Source: an uncultured Planctomycetota bacterium
GTDB taxonomy: Bacteria; Planctomycetota; Planctomycetia; Isosphaerales; Isosphaeraceae
Direction: 5' to 3'
Length of the DNA stretch: 64,000 nt
Assembly (NCBI GenBank): GCA_963737655.1
Contig: CAVTTN010000002.1
Span: 6,144,001-6,208,000 of the forward strand
The notes below the pieces were generated by a model. That model was not told the origin of the DNA. It worked only from the letters and a program-made list of their open reading frames with translations, and did not search any database. Shown here in pieces: positions 31,759 to 43,181 of the stretch (the first letter of the stretch is position 1; every line of letters starts with the position of its first letter). The position numbers and the translations under genes were made by a program.

Positions 31759-34700
31759 GTGAGCACCTCGATCCGCCTGGACGAAGTCCGTCGGGCCCTG
31801 GAGGCGAGGGACCCGGCCCTGATCGACCTCGTCGTCGAGCTCGCCGGGTCGAGCGACCCGGAGCCCGAGACCCCGATCCGCGAGGGCGCGCCGACCTTCG
31901 CGAAATTCCTGGCCGAGACCCGCTCCCAGGACTTCCGCCGCAAGCCCCGACCCGAGCAGGGCATCGAGCGCCAGGCGAAGCTCAAGGCCCTGGAATCGCC
32001 GGACGCCGAAGTCCCCCTGCCCGACCGGCTCCGGCTCCACGAAGTCCTCGCCGCCCTCTGGAAAGACGACGGCCCGTTCGCCCGCCAGTGCCTGCTCGAC
32101 ATCATCGCCCGAATCCCCGCGCGATACGGCCCGTGGAAGGCGCTCAAGAGGATCTTCAAGGAGGCCCAGGCGAAGGGGGACGACGAGATGTTCGCCGCCC
32201 TGGCCGCCCGGTTCGACTCGGCCTATGCCGAGCACCAGACCGAGGTCGGCAAGCTCACCCTCGCCTACCTCCGCCGGAGGGCCTGGCGGCACCTCCGCCG
32301 GACCGCCGAACGCCTCCCGGCCGCCTATGCGGACCTCGCCGCCGACGTCCTGGCCCGATACGACGACGGGACCCAGTGGGCCAAGACGTGGGTCGCCAAC
32401 CACATCCTGCTTCATGGCGGCAAGGGCTACGGGCGCGGGGAATTCGGGTACACCGGGGCGATGTCCACCGGCAACTTCACCAAGTTCCGCGCCTATCCCG
32501 AGCTCTGGAAGCGGACGCCCCGCCCCCTGTTCGGCCTCCTGGAGCGGTCGCGGAACGAGAGGGCCCGGCGGTTCGCCAGCATGGCGCTGAAGGAGGACTT
32601 CCGCGCCTCGCTCCGCGAGGTCGAGCCCGGATGGGTCGCCCGGCTCGTGGCCGTCCGCAGCCAGTCGGTCGATCAGTTCGTGGTCTGGGTCCTGTCGAAT
32701 GTCCCGAGGTTCGAGCAGGCCGCGTTCCGCGCGCTGGGGCTCCATGAGGCGGTCCTCCGCCTGTTCGATTCGCCGTCGGACGAGGCCCGGACCTATGCGG
32801 CCGGCTACGCGCGGACCCACTCGCGAGACTTGCCCGTCTCCCGCCTGATCGAGCTCGCCGACAACGACAACGACGACGTCCGCCGGCTCGCGGCCGACCT
32901 CCTCGGCGACCTCGACCCCCGGAAAGATGTGGGCCTGGACGCCTGGGGCCGGCTCCTGGAGACCGAGAACGGCTCGAAGCTCGCCGCCGACGCCATCCGC
33001 AAGAATTTCGGCCCCAAGGAGCTGACGCCCGAGTGGTTCCGCACCCACCTCTTCACGCCCCACGACGACGCCTTCCGCTTCCTCTCGGGCCTCCTGGCGC
33101 AGGTCCACCCCGCCGAGAAGCTCGGCCCGGACTTCTTCCGGGGGCTGATCGAAGCGGCGCCCGAGGACGTGGATGAGGACGCCTGGGGTCACGTCGCCCC
33201 GTTCGCCCTGAAGCAACTGGAGAGGTTCGACCTCAACGCCCTGCCCTCCGCGTTCCTCCGCCGATTGGTCCTGGATTCGAGGACGCGCGATACCGTGGCC
33301 TCCTGGATCGACTCGGGGCGGCTGAAGCCCTCGTCGATCGGGATCGACTTCCTCAAGGCGATGGCGTCCTCGGCGGATTTCGAGGCCCATCCCGCCGTGG
33401 TCGAGGCCCGCCGGCTCGGGCCGAAGTGGGCGAAATCGCTGGCCTATGACGAGAGGTTCGCCGACCGCGTGCTGGCGATCCTCGGCGACGTCCGCAAGGT
33501 CCTGCCCGCCGACCTCGGGTTCGAGTGGCTCCTGTCCCTGGCCTCGCGGAGCGAGCCCCGGTATCACGATTTCGCCGTGGGAGTGCTGACCAAGGGGTTC
33601 GTCCCGGCCGACTTCGCCCCGGGCGATCCGGCGACGGCCTCGGCCTCGACATCGGGGCCGATCGACCTCGGCGGCGCGTCCTTCCTGTTCACCGGCAAGA
33701 TGGCCACGATGAAGAGGAACGACGCCGAGGCCCAGGTGAAGGCCTCGGCCGGCTCGGTGGCCTCGGGCGTGTCGGCGAAGCTCCATTACCTCGTGATCGG
33801 CGACGAGGGCTCGCCGCTCTTCGGCCACGGCAAGAAGGGGGACAAGCAGACCAAGGCCGAGTCCCTGAACGCCTCCGGGGCGAACATCAAGATCATCTCC
33901 GAGACCGCATTCCTGAAGATGCTCGCCGGGGGCGTGAAGGAGGTCTCGGCCGACGCCTCGCTCGCCGGCTCCGAACGGCTCTGGGACATGGCCACCGCCC
34001 CCGGTCCGGCCGACGCGCCCAGGGCCCGATTCGCGATCGAATACCTCCTGAAACATCACCCCGAGATCGGCCCGGCCCGGACCGAGAAGCCCGTCGATCC
34101 CGGGGCCGAGGTGCCCTCGGAGTTCTTCGATTTTCGGCGGATCGAGCCGCTGTTCCAGGAGACGAGGAAGCCGCTCCGCGACTTCGCCCTGACGCTCGCC
34201 CGCTGGGAGTTCGCCCGCTGGTCGCCCCCGCCGGAGAGCCTCGTCAAGCTGGCCGAGAGCCCTCATCTCGACGTCCGCCGGTTCGTCGCGGAAGCCCTTT
34301 TGGCCGACGACCTGCCCGAGAACCGCCGGTTCCGGATCGACCCGGAGACGCTCAGCCCGTCCGCCGTGTACAGCTTCTGCGAGTCCGCCGATGCCTCGAC
34401 GAGAGACCTCGGGATGCAGCTCATCGGCCGGTCGCCCCGGCTCCGCGAACCCGAGGAGCTGTTCCGATTGACCGATAGCCCGGATCGCCAGATGAGGGCG
34501 TTCGTCGTCCGGGCGTTGTGGTCGCTCTATCGGGATCGCGGGATCACCGAGGGCTGGAAGCCGTCGCTCCCCCCGGCGCCCACGGTCGGCGCCGGGGCGA
34601 GGAAGGCGGCGGCCGTGGCCGCGGAGACCCGCGGGACCGGCCCTCCGGCGAGGCCCGAGAATCCCCCGGCCGAGCCCCGGTCGATGTGGGGCCTCCTCCG

Positions 34701-34992
34701 CCGGTCGTTGTTCGAGCTGCCGCCCCCCCGGCCCGAGAAGGGGGAGGCCGTCGAGGCCCAGGGGCGATTGAAGCCCCTCCCGGCGCGGATGGCCAAGCTC
34801 GCGATGATCGAGGTCACGCGCGACCTGGCGATCGAGGACCAGGCGTTTGCCCGGGGGGTGTTGCCCCTGCTCGAAGAGTTCCTGCCGTCCCGCGGGATCA
34901 GCGAGAAATCGGCCTGCCTCGTGGCGATCTCGCGGATTCGCCAGGCGTGGCCGTCCTTGCTGCGGCCGATCGGCGAGGGGGTGGCGTCGTGA
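31759..34992 (+). CDS. Retron-associated HEAT/ARM-like helical protein with an internal BRCT domain (~1077 aa)
   Basis: GTG start after GAGG. BRCT of the NAD-ligase C-terminal type at ~33667-33924 (LGGASFLFTGKM...AGSVASGVSAKLHYLVIG...IKIISETAFLKML). HEAT-like repeats such as DDVRRLAADLL. Confidence 0.8.
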   Translation: MSTSIRLDEVRRALEARDPALIDLVVELAGSSDPEPETPIREGAPTFAKFLAETRSQDFRRKPRPEQGIERQAKLKALESPDAEVPLPDRLRLHEVLAALWKDDGPFARQCLLDIIARIPARYGPWKALKRIFKEAQAKGDDEMFAALAARFDSAYAEHQTEVGKLTLAYLRRRAWRHLRRTAERLPAAYADLAADVLARYDDGTQWAKTWVANHILLHGGKGYGRGEFGYTGAMSTGNFTKFRAYPELWKRTPRPLFGLLERSRNERARRFASMALKEDFRASLREVEPGWVARLVAVRSQSVDQFVVWVLSNVPRFEQAAFRALGLHEAVLRLFDSPSDEARTYAAGYARTHSRDLPVSRLIELADNDNDDVRRLAADLLGDLDPRKDVGLDAWGRLLETENGSKLAADAIRKNFGPKELTPEWFRTHLFTPHDDAFRFLSGLLAQVHPAEKLGPDFFRGLIEAAPEDVDEDAWGHVAPFALKQLERFDLNALPSAFLRRLVLDSRTRDTVASWIDSGRLKPSSIGIDFLKAMASSADFEAHPAVVEARRLGPKWAKSLAYDERFADRVLAILGDVRKVLPADLGFEWLLSLASRSEPRYHDFAVGVLTKGFVPADFAPGDPATASASTSGPIDLGGASFLFTGKMATMKRNDAEAQVKASAGSVASGVSAKLHYLVIGDEGSPLFGHGKKGDKQTKAESLNASGANIKIISETAFLKMLAGGVKEVSADASLAGSERLWDMATAPGPADAPRARFAIEYLLKHHPEIGPARTEKPVDPGAEVPSEFFDFRRIEPLFQETRKPLRDFALTLARWEFARWSPPPESLVKLAESPHLDVRRFVAEALLADDLPENRRFRIDPETLSPSAVYSFCESADASTRDLGMQLIGRSPRLREPEELFRLTDSPDRQMRAFVVRALWSLYRDRGITEGWKPSLPPAPTVGAGARKAAAVAAETRGTGPPARPENPPAEPRSMWGLLRRSLFELPPPRPEKGEAVEAQGRLKPLPARMAKLAMIEVTRDLAIEDQAFARGVLPLLEEFLPSRGISEKSACLVAISRIRQAWPSLLRPIGEGVAS

Positions 34993-37900
34993 GCGAACCT
35001 CTGGACTACGACATCCCGTTCCGGGGCGACCTGAAGGCGGCCGTCGGCGTCGGCTCGGCGGTCCTGTTCGTCACCCATCACCCCGAAGGCCGGCCGGCGG
35101 GCCTCGTCTGGAACGACCTGGGCGAGGAGCGGCCGAAGTCGCAAGTCTTCGTCCTGCCGGGGGGCGGCTCGGCCCTCGTCGCCGACGGCGATTCGGTCTG
35201 GGTCGGCGGAGGGGACGGCCAGCTCTATCGAGGCCCCGTCGGCGACGCCCCGAAGCCGATCGGCCCGAAGCTCCCGGGGCCTCCGAAGGGCCTGGCGATC
35301 CTGTCGGACGACCGCCTCGGCGCGATCGTCGGCTCCGAATTGCTGATCCTTTCGCGCCAGGATGGCAGGACGAAACAATCGCTGCCCTTGCCGGCGGTCC
35401 GTTCGGCGATCGCGGCCGACCCGGCGGGCAAGTGGGTGGCGGTGGGGTCGGTCGACGGCTCGATCTCGGTCTTCGAGGGCGAGGGCGCGGCGGAGTTCGT
35501 CCCGAGCGACTCGCGGAAGGTCCACGAAGCCGCCGTCACGGCCCTGCTGTTCGAGCGCGACGACCTCCGTTTCTTCTCCGCCGGGGCCGATCAAAGGCTG
35601 TTCACCACCCACGCCCGGGGCAAGCTCGAACCCGAGGACAAGGGACGCGGGAACACTCATGCCGACGTCGTCCCGTCGATGATCTGGGGCCCGGCCGACC
35701 GCCTCCTGACCGGCGGCCGGGACGGCGCCGTGAAATCCTGGCCCCGGGTCGGCGGGGTGAAGCCCTCGACCCAGAAGGACGGCGTGGCGAAGGTCGTCGC
35801 GATGGCCCTGGTGACCCGCCTGGGCCGCGAGCACCTGGCCGTCGCCTGCGAGGACAACACGGTCCGGACGTTCTCGCTGGACGCCTCCGGCAAGATCGGC
35901 GACCTCGTGACCCGGGGGCACGACGCCCTGGCGTCGGCGCGTCGGGAGCTCGGCGGCAACGACCATCGAGGCCGGGAAGTCGCCCTGCATCGCCTGGCCG
36001 AGTACGACGACTCCGCCGGGCTCGGGCTGGTGGCCGAGCAGGTCGGCAAGGACCCCGACCACGCCCTCCGCGTGAAGGCGGCCGAGCTCCTCGGGAAGTC
36101 GGACAACCCCCAGGCCGCCACCTTGCTGGAGCCGATGCTCAAGCATCCCGAGGCGGCCGTCCGCTCGGCGGTCCTCGCCGGGCTGAGGAGGCAGAGGGGG
36201 GCGGCCGACCTGCGGACGCTCGACCTCGCGCTCAGGGCCGAGAAGCCCGAGATCGGCAAGGCGGCCGTGGAGGCGCTCGCCGAGATCGCCCCGAAGGACG
36301 ATCGCGCGCTCGCCCGGCTCACGGCCGCCCTGTCGGCCAGGACGCCCGAGACCCGCCAGGCCGCGCTGATCGGCCTCGAATCGGCCTATGCGAAGGATTC
36401 GCCCGAGGCCGACCTGATCGCCCTGGGCACCGAGTTCGCGGACGTCCGCCAGGCCGCCCTGTTGCGGCTCTTCCGCCGGGGGTTCCTCGAAGACCCGGCC
36501 GTGAGGACCGCGTTGAGGCTCCGGGCCGAGGACGCCGATGCGGAGGTCCGCCGGGTCGCCTTCCTGCTCGCGCTCCACGCCCGACCGTCCTTGCTGGCGA
36601 GCCTCCGGGCCCGGGACCCCGAGCTCGAACGCCAGGTCGCCGACCTCGAAGGCACCGCCGAGCCGGCGAAGGCGCCGAAAAAGGCCACGACCAAAGAGGC
36701 AGCCCTCGCGAGCGACGACCTCGAGCCGCTCCTCCAGGCGTCGGCCAGCCGGTCGCTGGATACGAGCCTTCGAGGGGCCCGGGGGCTGGCCGTCCTGGGC
36801 GATCCCCGGGCGTTCGGGCTGCTCCTGCAACTCAGTCGCGAGGACGAGGCGACGGCCCGGGTCGAGGTCTGCCGGGCGATGGCGGCCCTGGACGACCCCC
36901 GGGCCGTCGAGAGGCTGCGATCGCTCCTGGCGGACGCCGACGCGGCGGTCCGCGACGCGGCGTTCTCGGCCCTGGCCCGGCTCCACCAGGCCGACCCGTG
37001 GAAGGCGGCGGAAGCCGGCCTGACGGCCCCGTCCGAGGACGTCCGCCGCCGGGGGCTCGGCGTCCTGATCGCCTCCGCGAGGAAGGCCCCGCCGAAGGGG
37101 CCCGACGACCGCGCGTGGAACCTCCTGGCCGACGCCCTGAATGACGCCTTCGCCTCGATCCACTCCGAGGCGTTCAAGGCCGTCCTGAACCTGGGGATCG
37201 GCGGAGGGGGCCCGGCGTCCCTGCGGTTCGCCATGAAGAGCCTTCGCGCGGAGGTCCGCTCCGAGGCGTTGAAAGAGGCCGAGGCCCTGGTCGGCCAGCC
37301 GGGCGGCTGGGACGTCCTCCTGGAGTTCTTCAACGACCCCGATTCGGCCCTCCGAGGCCGCGCCTTCGAGTTCGCCACGAAGAAGACCAAGGGGCTGGAG
37401 ATCCTCGACGCGGCGCTCGGCTCGCGCTATCCCGAGATGCGCAAGGCGGCCGTCGAGGGGCTGGTCAAGAAGCACACCGCCGCCGCTCAGAAGCTGCTGG
37501 TCCGGGCCCTGGAGGACGAGGCTCGCGCGGTCCGGCTCGCGGCCCTGGAATCGCTCGTCGCCGAGGACGCCGTCCCCGTCTTGCTGGAAGCCCTGGACGG
37601 CCCTCATGCCGACGTCCGCCTCCGGGCGGCGAAGGCCCTCGCCCGCCACGGCCGGGCCGAGGCGCTCGCCCCCCTGCTCTCCCTGGTCACGACCCCCGAA
37701 CCCCTCGAAAACGAGCGGAAGAAGGACTGGCTCGGCCTCGCCGAATCGGCCCTCGACGGCCTGGGCGAGCTCGGCGACCCGGCGGCCGTCCCGGCGCTGA
37801 TCCCCCTGATCGACAGCCCGCATCCGGCCCTGAGATGGCGGGCCACTCAGGCCCTGGCCTGGTCGTGCCCGCCCGGGGCGACGGCGCCGCTGCGCGACGC

Positions 37901-40900
37901 GCTCCGACATCAAGACGTCCAGGTCCGTTCCGCCTCGGCGGTGGGCCTGGCGTACTCGGGCGACCCGTCGGCCGTCCCGTTGATGCTCTCCAAGGAGGCC
38001 GCGAAGAGCCTGAGCGCCGGCGAGATCCTCGGGGCGGCGCTGGCCCTCAGCGAATCGGCCAGCGGCGAGGGGCACCTGCTCGCGACGCTCGACGACTCCG
38101 GCGTGAAGGCCCGGGACCGGGCCCTGCGGATGCTCGTGATCCTCGAATGGAAGGCCCCGAGGGCGATGGCCGGTCGGCTCCTGGCCGCCCTCGCCGCCCG
38201 GGACGCGAGGACCCGCCTGGTCGCCGCCGAGGCGCTCGAGGCCCTCGCCGAACCGGCCGGGCTCGCCCCGTTCGTCGGCCGCCTGATCAACGAAGCCGAC
38301 CGCAAGACGCCGTGGAAGATCGCCGCCGCGACGCTCGACGACCTCGGCGAGCTCCTCGCCCACGCCGACCCCCGCCTCCGCGCCGGACCGCCCGGCTCCT
38401 CCGCCACCTCGACGCCGACGAGTCGGCCGAGTTCGACCAGGTCTGGGCCGTCCACTCGGCCCGGTTCGCGGCGGAAATCCAGGCGCTCCGAGCCGCCTCG
38501 AAGACCCGCAAGCCGCCGAAGGACCGGCCGTCGGCCGAGGGCCTCCGCGACCTGGCGTTCGGCGCCTATGTGGGCCTGGTCCGGGAGCACGGAGGACGGC
38601 CGAACGACCCGTCGAAGACCGTGGCCGTCCGGCTCTCGGCCCTGAATCACCTCGTGGCGATGGCCCGCTCCGACCCGAAGTTCGCCTCCGGGGCCCGGCC
38701 GGTCCTGGTCCAGGCGATGGGCGACCCGAACGCGGCGGTCAGGCTGCCCGCCTTCGAGGCGCTGCCCGGGCTCGGCCTGCCCTCGGGCGATCTCGCCGCC
38801 GAGGCCCTGGGCGTGGGCCACGTCGATCTCGGCATCAAGGGGTTGGAGGCTCCTGTCCGGCTCGGGGACGTCCGCCGAGGGCCGACGGGTGCTCGACTCC
38901 GCCATGCTCTCGCGACGGGACGACCTCGCCACCGAGGCCGCCAAGCTCCTGATCGCCCGGGAAGGCCCGGCGCCCGTGGCCGCTCGCGCCCTGGACGCCG
39001 CCCACGAGCCGTTGCGGCGGCTCGCCGTCTCGTGGCTGATCGACGAGTTCGACAAGGCCCCCGAGGCGAAGGATTCGCTGCGAAAGGCCCTGAAATCGCG
39101 ATACCCCGAGGTCCGCGAGGCCGCGGCGTTCGGCCTGGCCGGCAAGAAAGACCTGGCCGCGTTCGACGCGCTGGTCGGCCTGCTGAAGGACGCCCCGAAG
39201 TCCGACGCCGCCCGCCCCTACGTCCGCGCCCTGACCTCGCTCGGGGACCCGCGAACGGCCTCCGCGTTCGTCGATCGCGTCGAGGATGACCCGGCCGGGA
39301 CGGCGCCCGTCGAGGACCTCCTCAAGGCCGCCGGCTCGTCCCGCAACCCGGAGGTCTTCGACCGCCTGTTCGCCCTCCTCGACAAGCCCGGCCGGCGATC
39401 CCCCGCGCTCGTGCCGGCCCTCCTGGCGATCTCCGGCCACGACCAGCCGATCGAGGATTTCGAGGACGAGCGCGACGACCGCAAGTGGGAAGCCTCGCAG
39501 TTCCCCCGGCAGGATGAGCTGCTCGCCCGCCTCCTCGGCCGGTTGACCGCCCCCGGAGAGACCGGCGCCTCGGACCTGATCCGCCCCGCTCGATGGTCGC
39601 GATCCGGGGCCGTCGATCCGGTCCTCGCGACCCTGATCGCGCACCCCGACGAATCGACCCGCCGGGCCGCGATCGAGGCCATCGGCTGGCGAGCCCGCAA
39701 GCGAAAGGGCGATTTCGCCCCGCTGGTCAAGGCGCTCGGCTCGAAGGACCCGGTCGCGCAACTGCTCGCGGCCGAGGGGCTGGCGAGGGCCGGGAGGCCC
39801 GAGGGGCTGTCGGTCCTGCTCGCGAGCGTCGAGTTCGTGACCGACCTGAACCTCCGCCGCCGCGCCGTCTCGGCCCTGGGCGAGCTGGGCGACGAGAGGT
39901 CCGCCGACGTGCTCGTGAAGCTCGCCGGGGAGGACGGCCACGCGCTCCAGGACGAGGCCGCCGAAGCGATCGGCCACCTCGGCCAGTCCAAACATGCCGA
40001 GGCGATCACTCGGCTCCTCGAACGTCACGCCCGGGGCAACGGCAGCGTCGTCCAGCACGCGATCCAGGGGCTTCGCTGGCTGAATACGGCCTCCGGCTGG
40101 GGGCTGATCCGCGACCGGGCCGTGGACCCGTCGTTCTTCGATCGCGAGATCGCCGTCGAGCAGCTCGCCCACGACCGCGACCCCGCCACGAAGGACCTCC
40201 TCCTTCGTTTGCTGGCCGAGGACGACGATTTCAGCGTCCTCGAAGCGGCCGTGAACTCGGCCAGGAAGGTGTTCGGGCCGGATTCGCTGGAGCCGGACGA
40301 GGCGATCGTCCAGAACGAGAACGCCACCGGCTCGGACGACTTCGAGGCCGCCGAGGAGCGCGTCTGCGAGCGGTCCAGCCCGGCGCGGATCTTCGCGATC
40401 CTGGAGAAATCGCCGCCCGAGGAGGTCCGCACGTCCCTGTGCCGGGCGTTGCTGAACCGGCCGTCGCCGCCGCTGGCCGAGGCGGAGGCCGGGCTCGGCA
40501 GCCCGTCGCCGATCGTCGCGGCCCTGGCGGCGAGCCTCCTGGGCCGGGCCGGCTCGCCGAAGGCCGGGGCCTCGGTGAAGAAGGCGCTCGAAGCCCGATG
40601 GTCGGCCTGGAAGGCCCGCCGCGAGACCTCGCGCGACGAGGCCGACGGCGGCCCCCGAGCCGAAGAGGCCCTCGCCCTCGCCCGGCTGATCTGGGCATCC
40701 GGGAGGCTCGGAGCCGCCCTCGATCTCCTCGCCGAGATCGCCCGGACCCCGGCCGACGACCGATTCGCGGCGACGGTCCGAAAGGCGGCCGTCCAGGCCC
40801 TCGCCGCCTCTCCGAACCCCTCGAAAAATGCGATCGAGGCCCTCGAATCGGCCGCCGAAGCGGGGAATCCCGACCTCCGCGCCGAGGCGGCGCAGGCCCT

Positions 40901-41309
40901 CGCCGAGAACGCCCCGAAGGCCGCCGCCAAACTCGCCGAAACGCTCCTCTCCGACCGCTCCGCGTTCGACCGCCTGGCCCGGGCCGACGGCCTCGGCGCC
41001 GTCCTTCGCAGCAACGCGGGCGTCGCTCATTATCAAGGCGTGGTCTTGCCCTATCTTGTCGAAGAACAAGACGTGAAGACGCTGGCCGCCGTCGCCGAGG
41101 ACCGCTCCCGGCCCGAATTCGCCCGGCTCGGCGCGATCGAGGCGCTCGCCGCGACGGCCCTCGGGCCGGCCGAGGACGTCCTGAAGCGGATCGGCGCCAA
41201 CTCCGGCGACGACGAGGAGATCCGCAAGGCCGCCTGGCGGGCCGTCCGACGATCGCGGAGGCTCCGACTCAAGGCCAATCCCCCGAAGAAGGCCGAGGTG
41301 GCGAGATGA
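34989..41309 (+). CDS. Retron-associated giant WD40 beta-propeller + HEAT-repeat protein (~2,100 aa; two compensating frameshifts)
   Basis: GTGA overlap with the upstream gene. WD40 motifs (VAVGSVDGSISVF, HEAAVTALLF, LLTGGRDGAVKSW) then many HEAT/PBS-lyase repeats (ADADAAVRDAAFSAL). A -1 at ~38384 and a +1 at ~38849 rejoin the frame. Confidence 0.8.
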
Positions 41310-43174
41310 GCGACGCCCCCGATCCCGAGGTCGCCGAACCGGCCGGGCCCGAGCGGACCGAGGTCCACCTGACCTACGCCGGGGCCAGCCGCCTCGTCTC
41401 GGACGAGGGATCGGCCCGCCTCGCCCTGGCCGGCGACCTCCGCCGCGACCCCGTCCGGTTCGATGGCGTGATCAACGATCCCTTGCGGTTCCGCGAGGCG
41501 ATGTCGGCCCTCTACGCCGTCGTCGCCAGCGACATGCGCTATCAGCCCAAGGACCGCACCGCCTACCTCGCCTACACGAGGATGCGCCGCGAATCCTCGG
41601 GCCTGGACGCCCTCCACGCCCAGCGAGAATACTTCTCCTGGCTCCTCCAGAACGACCCGCTCGCCTTCGTGATCCTCGACCCGGTGGTGACGGTCCACCC
41701 CGACCAGGTCTTCTTCGAGGTCTTCAGCAAGGACGAGGGCGCCTATGCGAAGCTCGGCATCGATCATGACGCCTTCACGAGCGAATCCGAGCCGTCGTTC
41801 GGCACGACGAACGTCGATTTCAGCCAGGGCCTGTTCCGGGGCATCCAGCAGATGCGGTCGTACCGCGAGACCCGCCTGAGCATCGGCCGGGAGGGCGTGG
41901 CTCTGGCCACGGCGACGGCCGGCGAAGTCCTGGAGAAGACGATCCAGGTGCCCGATTCCTGGCTCCGGGGCTTCCTCCAGGTCCAGTCCGCCGCCGCCCT
42001 CCCGCGCGACACGTTCTCGCTCAAGCCGATCGACCTGTATAACGCGCTGCGATATCTGCGACTGCACGCGGACAAGAAAGGCCAGCGCCGGGGGCTGAGG
42101 GTCGAGCTGATGCCCGGGCAGCCGCCCCGGCTCGTCCTGGAGCCGTGGAACGAGGTGATCCCGGCGACGGCCGGGCCGTACAGGGGCAAGTCCTCGCGGG
42201 TGGCGCGGGTCTGGGGCCGCCGCCGATTGATGCTCATGCAACGCTTCCTGCCGTTCGTGGAAGATGTCGATGTCCACCTCCTGGGCAGCGGCCTGCCGAG
42301 CTTCTGGGTCCTCCGGGGGCGGGGGATGTCCTTGACCCTCGGATTGACCGGCTTCACGGCCGCGAACTGGTCCCAGGCGCTGAACTTCGACCTCCTCCTG
42401 CCGCGAAAGGCCGAGCCGGGCGGGAAGGACCTGGAGGCGGTCCTCGCCCACCTCGCCCCCCGGTGGTCGGCCGGGGCCGGCGAGCTGGCGAAGGCCACGA
42501 AATTGCCCTGGCCGAAGCTGGTCGAGGCGCTGCAACTGGGCTGCCAGCAAGGCCGGATCATGTACGACATCGCGGCCGACGTCTATCGGTTGCGCCCTCT
42601 GACCGACGCCCCGCTCGACCTCTCCCGGCTGGAGTTCCGCGACCCCCGCGAGAAGGTCGCGCATGACCTGCTCGTCCGCCGGGGCGCGGTGACGATCACC
42701 GGGGAGAACCGCATCCCGGGCTCGGGGCTGGAAATCACCGGGAAGGTCGTGGTGGACGAGGACCGCCGCGAATATCGGCCGCAGATGCTCCTGGCCGACG
42801 AGGGGCAGGTCGCGAAGGCCGAATGCACGTGCTCGACGTTCCGCAAGCAGGGCCTGAAGGGCGGCCCGTGCGTCCACCTCGTCGCCCTCCGGCTCGCCCT
42901 GGCCGCCCGGGAAGCCCGGAGGGCGTCGGGCTCCGAGCCGGCCGACGCGATCACCGCCGAGACCCGGCTGTTCAGCCGCCGCGACCCGTCCGGCGAGGAC
43001 GTGGTGCAGATCACCCTCGACCGCCGCCGGGTGAAGTCGCGATGGGGCCGCGCCGACGGCCCTTCGCGGCTCCAGACGCTCACGTTCGACTCGACCGAGG
43101 ACGTGCGCGGGGCGTACCTCGCCCGGATCGCCGACCTCGACGCCCGCGGATTCCTCGACGCCTCGGCCGGATGA
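41306..43174 (+). CDS. Retron-associated SWIM zinc-finger protein with C-terminal WGR-like domain (622 aa)
   Basis: ATGA overlap with the upstream gene; SWIM motif AECTCSTFRKQGLKGGPCVHL (CxC...CxH); C-terminal VKSRWGRADG...GF. Confidence 0.85.
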   Translation: MSDAPDPEVAEPAGPERTEVHLTYAGASRLVSDEGSARLALAGDLRRDPVRFDGVINDPLRFREAMSALYAVVASDMRYQPKDRTAYLAYTRMRRESSGLDALHAQREYFSWLLQNDPLAFVILDPVVTVHPDQVFFEVFSKDEGAYAKLGIDHDAFTSESEPSFGTTNVDFSQGLFRGIQQMRSYRETRLSIGREGVALATATAGEVLEKTIQVPDSWLRGFLQVQSAAALPRDTFSLKPIDLYNALRYLRLHADKKGQRRGLRVELMPGQPPRLVLEPWNEVIPATAGPYRGKSSRVARVWGRRRLMLMQRFLPFVEDVDVHLLGSGLPSFWVLRGRGMSLTLGLTGFTAANWSQALNFDLLLPRKAEPGGKDLEAVLAHLAPRWSAGAGELAKATKLPWPKLVEALQLGCQQGRIMYDIAADVYRLRPLTDAPLDLSRLEFRDPREKVAHDLLVRRGAVTITGENRIPGSGLEITGKVVVDEDRREYRPQMLLADEGQVAKAECTCSTFRKQGLKGGPCVHLVALRLALAAREARRASGSEPADAITAETRLFSRRDPSGEDVVQITLDRRRVKSRWGRADGPSRLQTLTFDSTEDVRGAYLARIADLDARGFLDASAG

Positions 43175-43181
43175 GACCCTC

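Noticed and set aside
34989..41309. WD40-HEAT gene read as a true pseudogene or programmed frameshift
   Set aside because: No slippery heptamer seen, and the same kind of single-base indel occurs in many unrelated genes in this window; sequencing error is more likely
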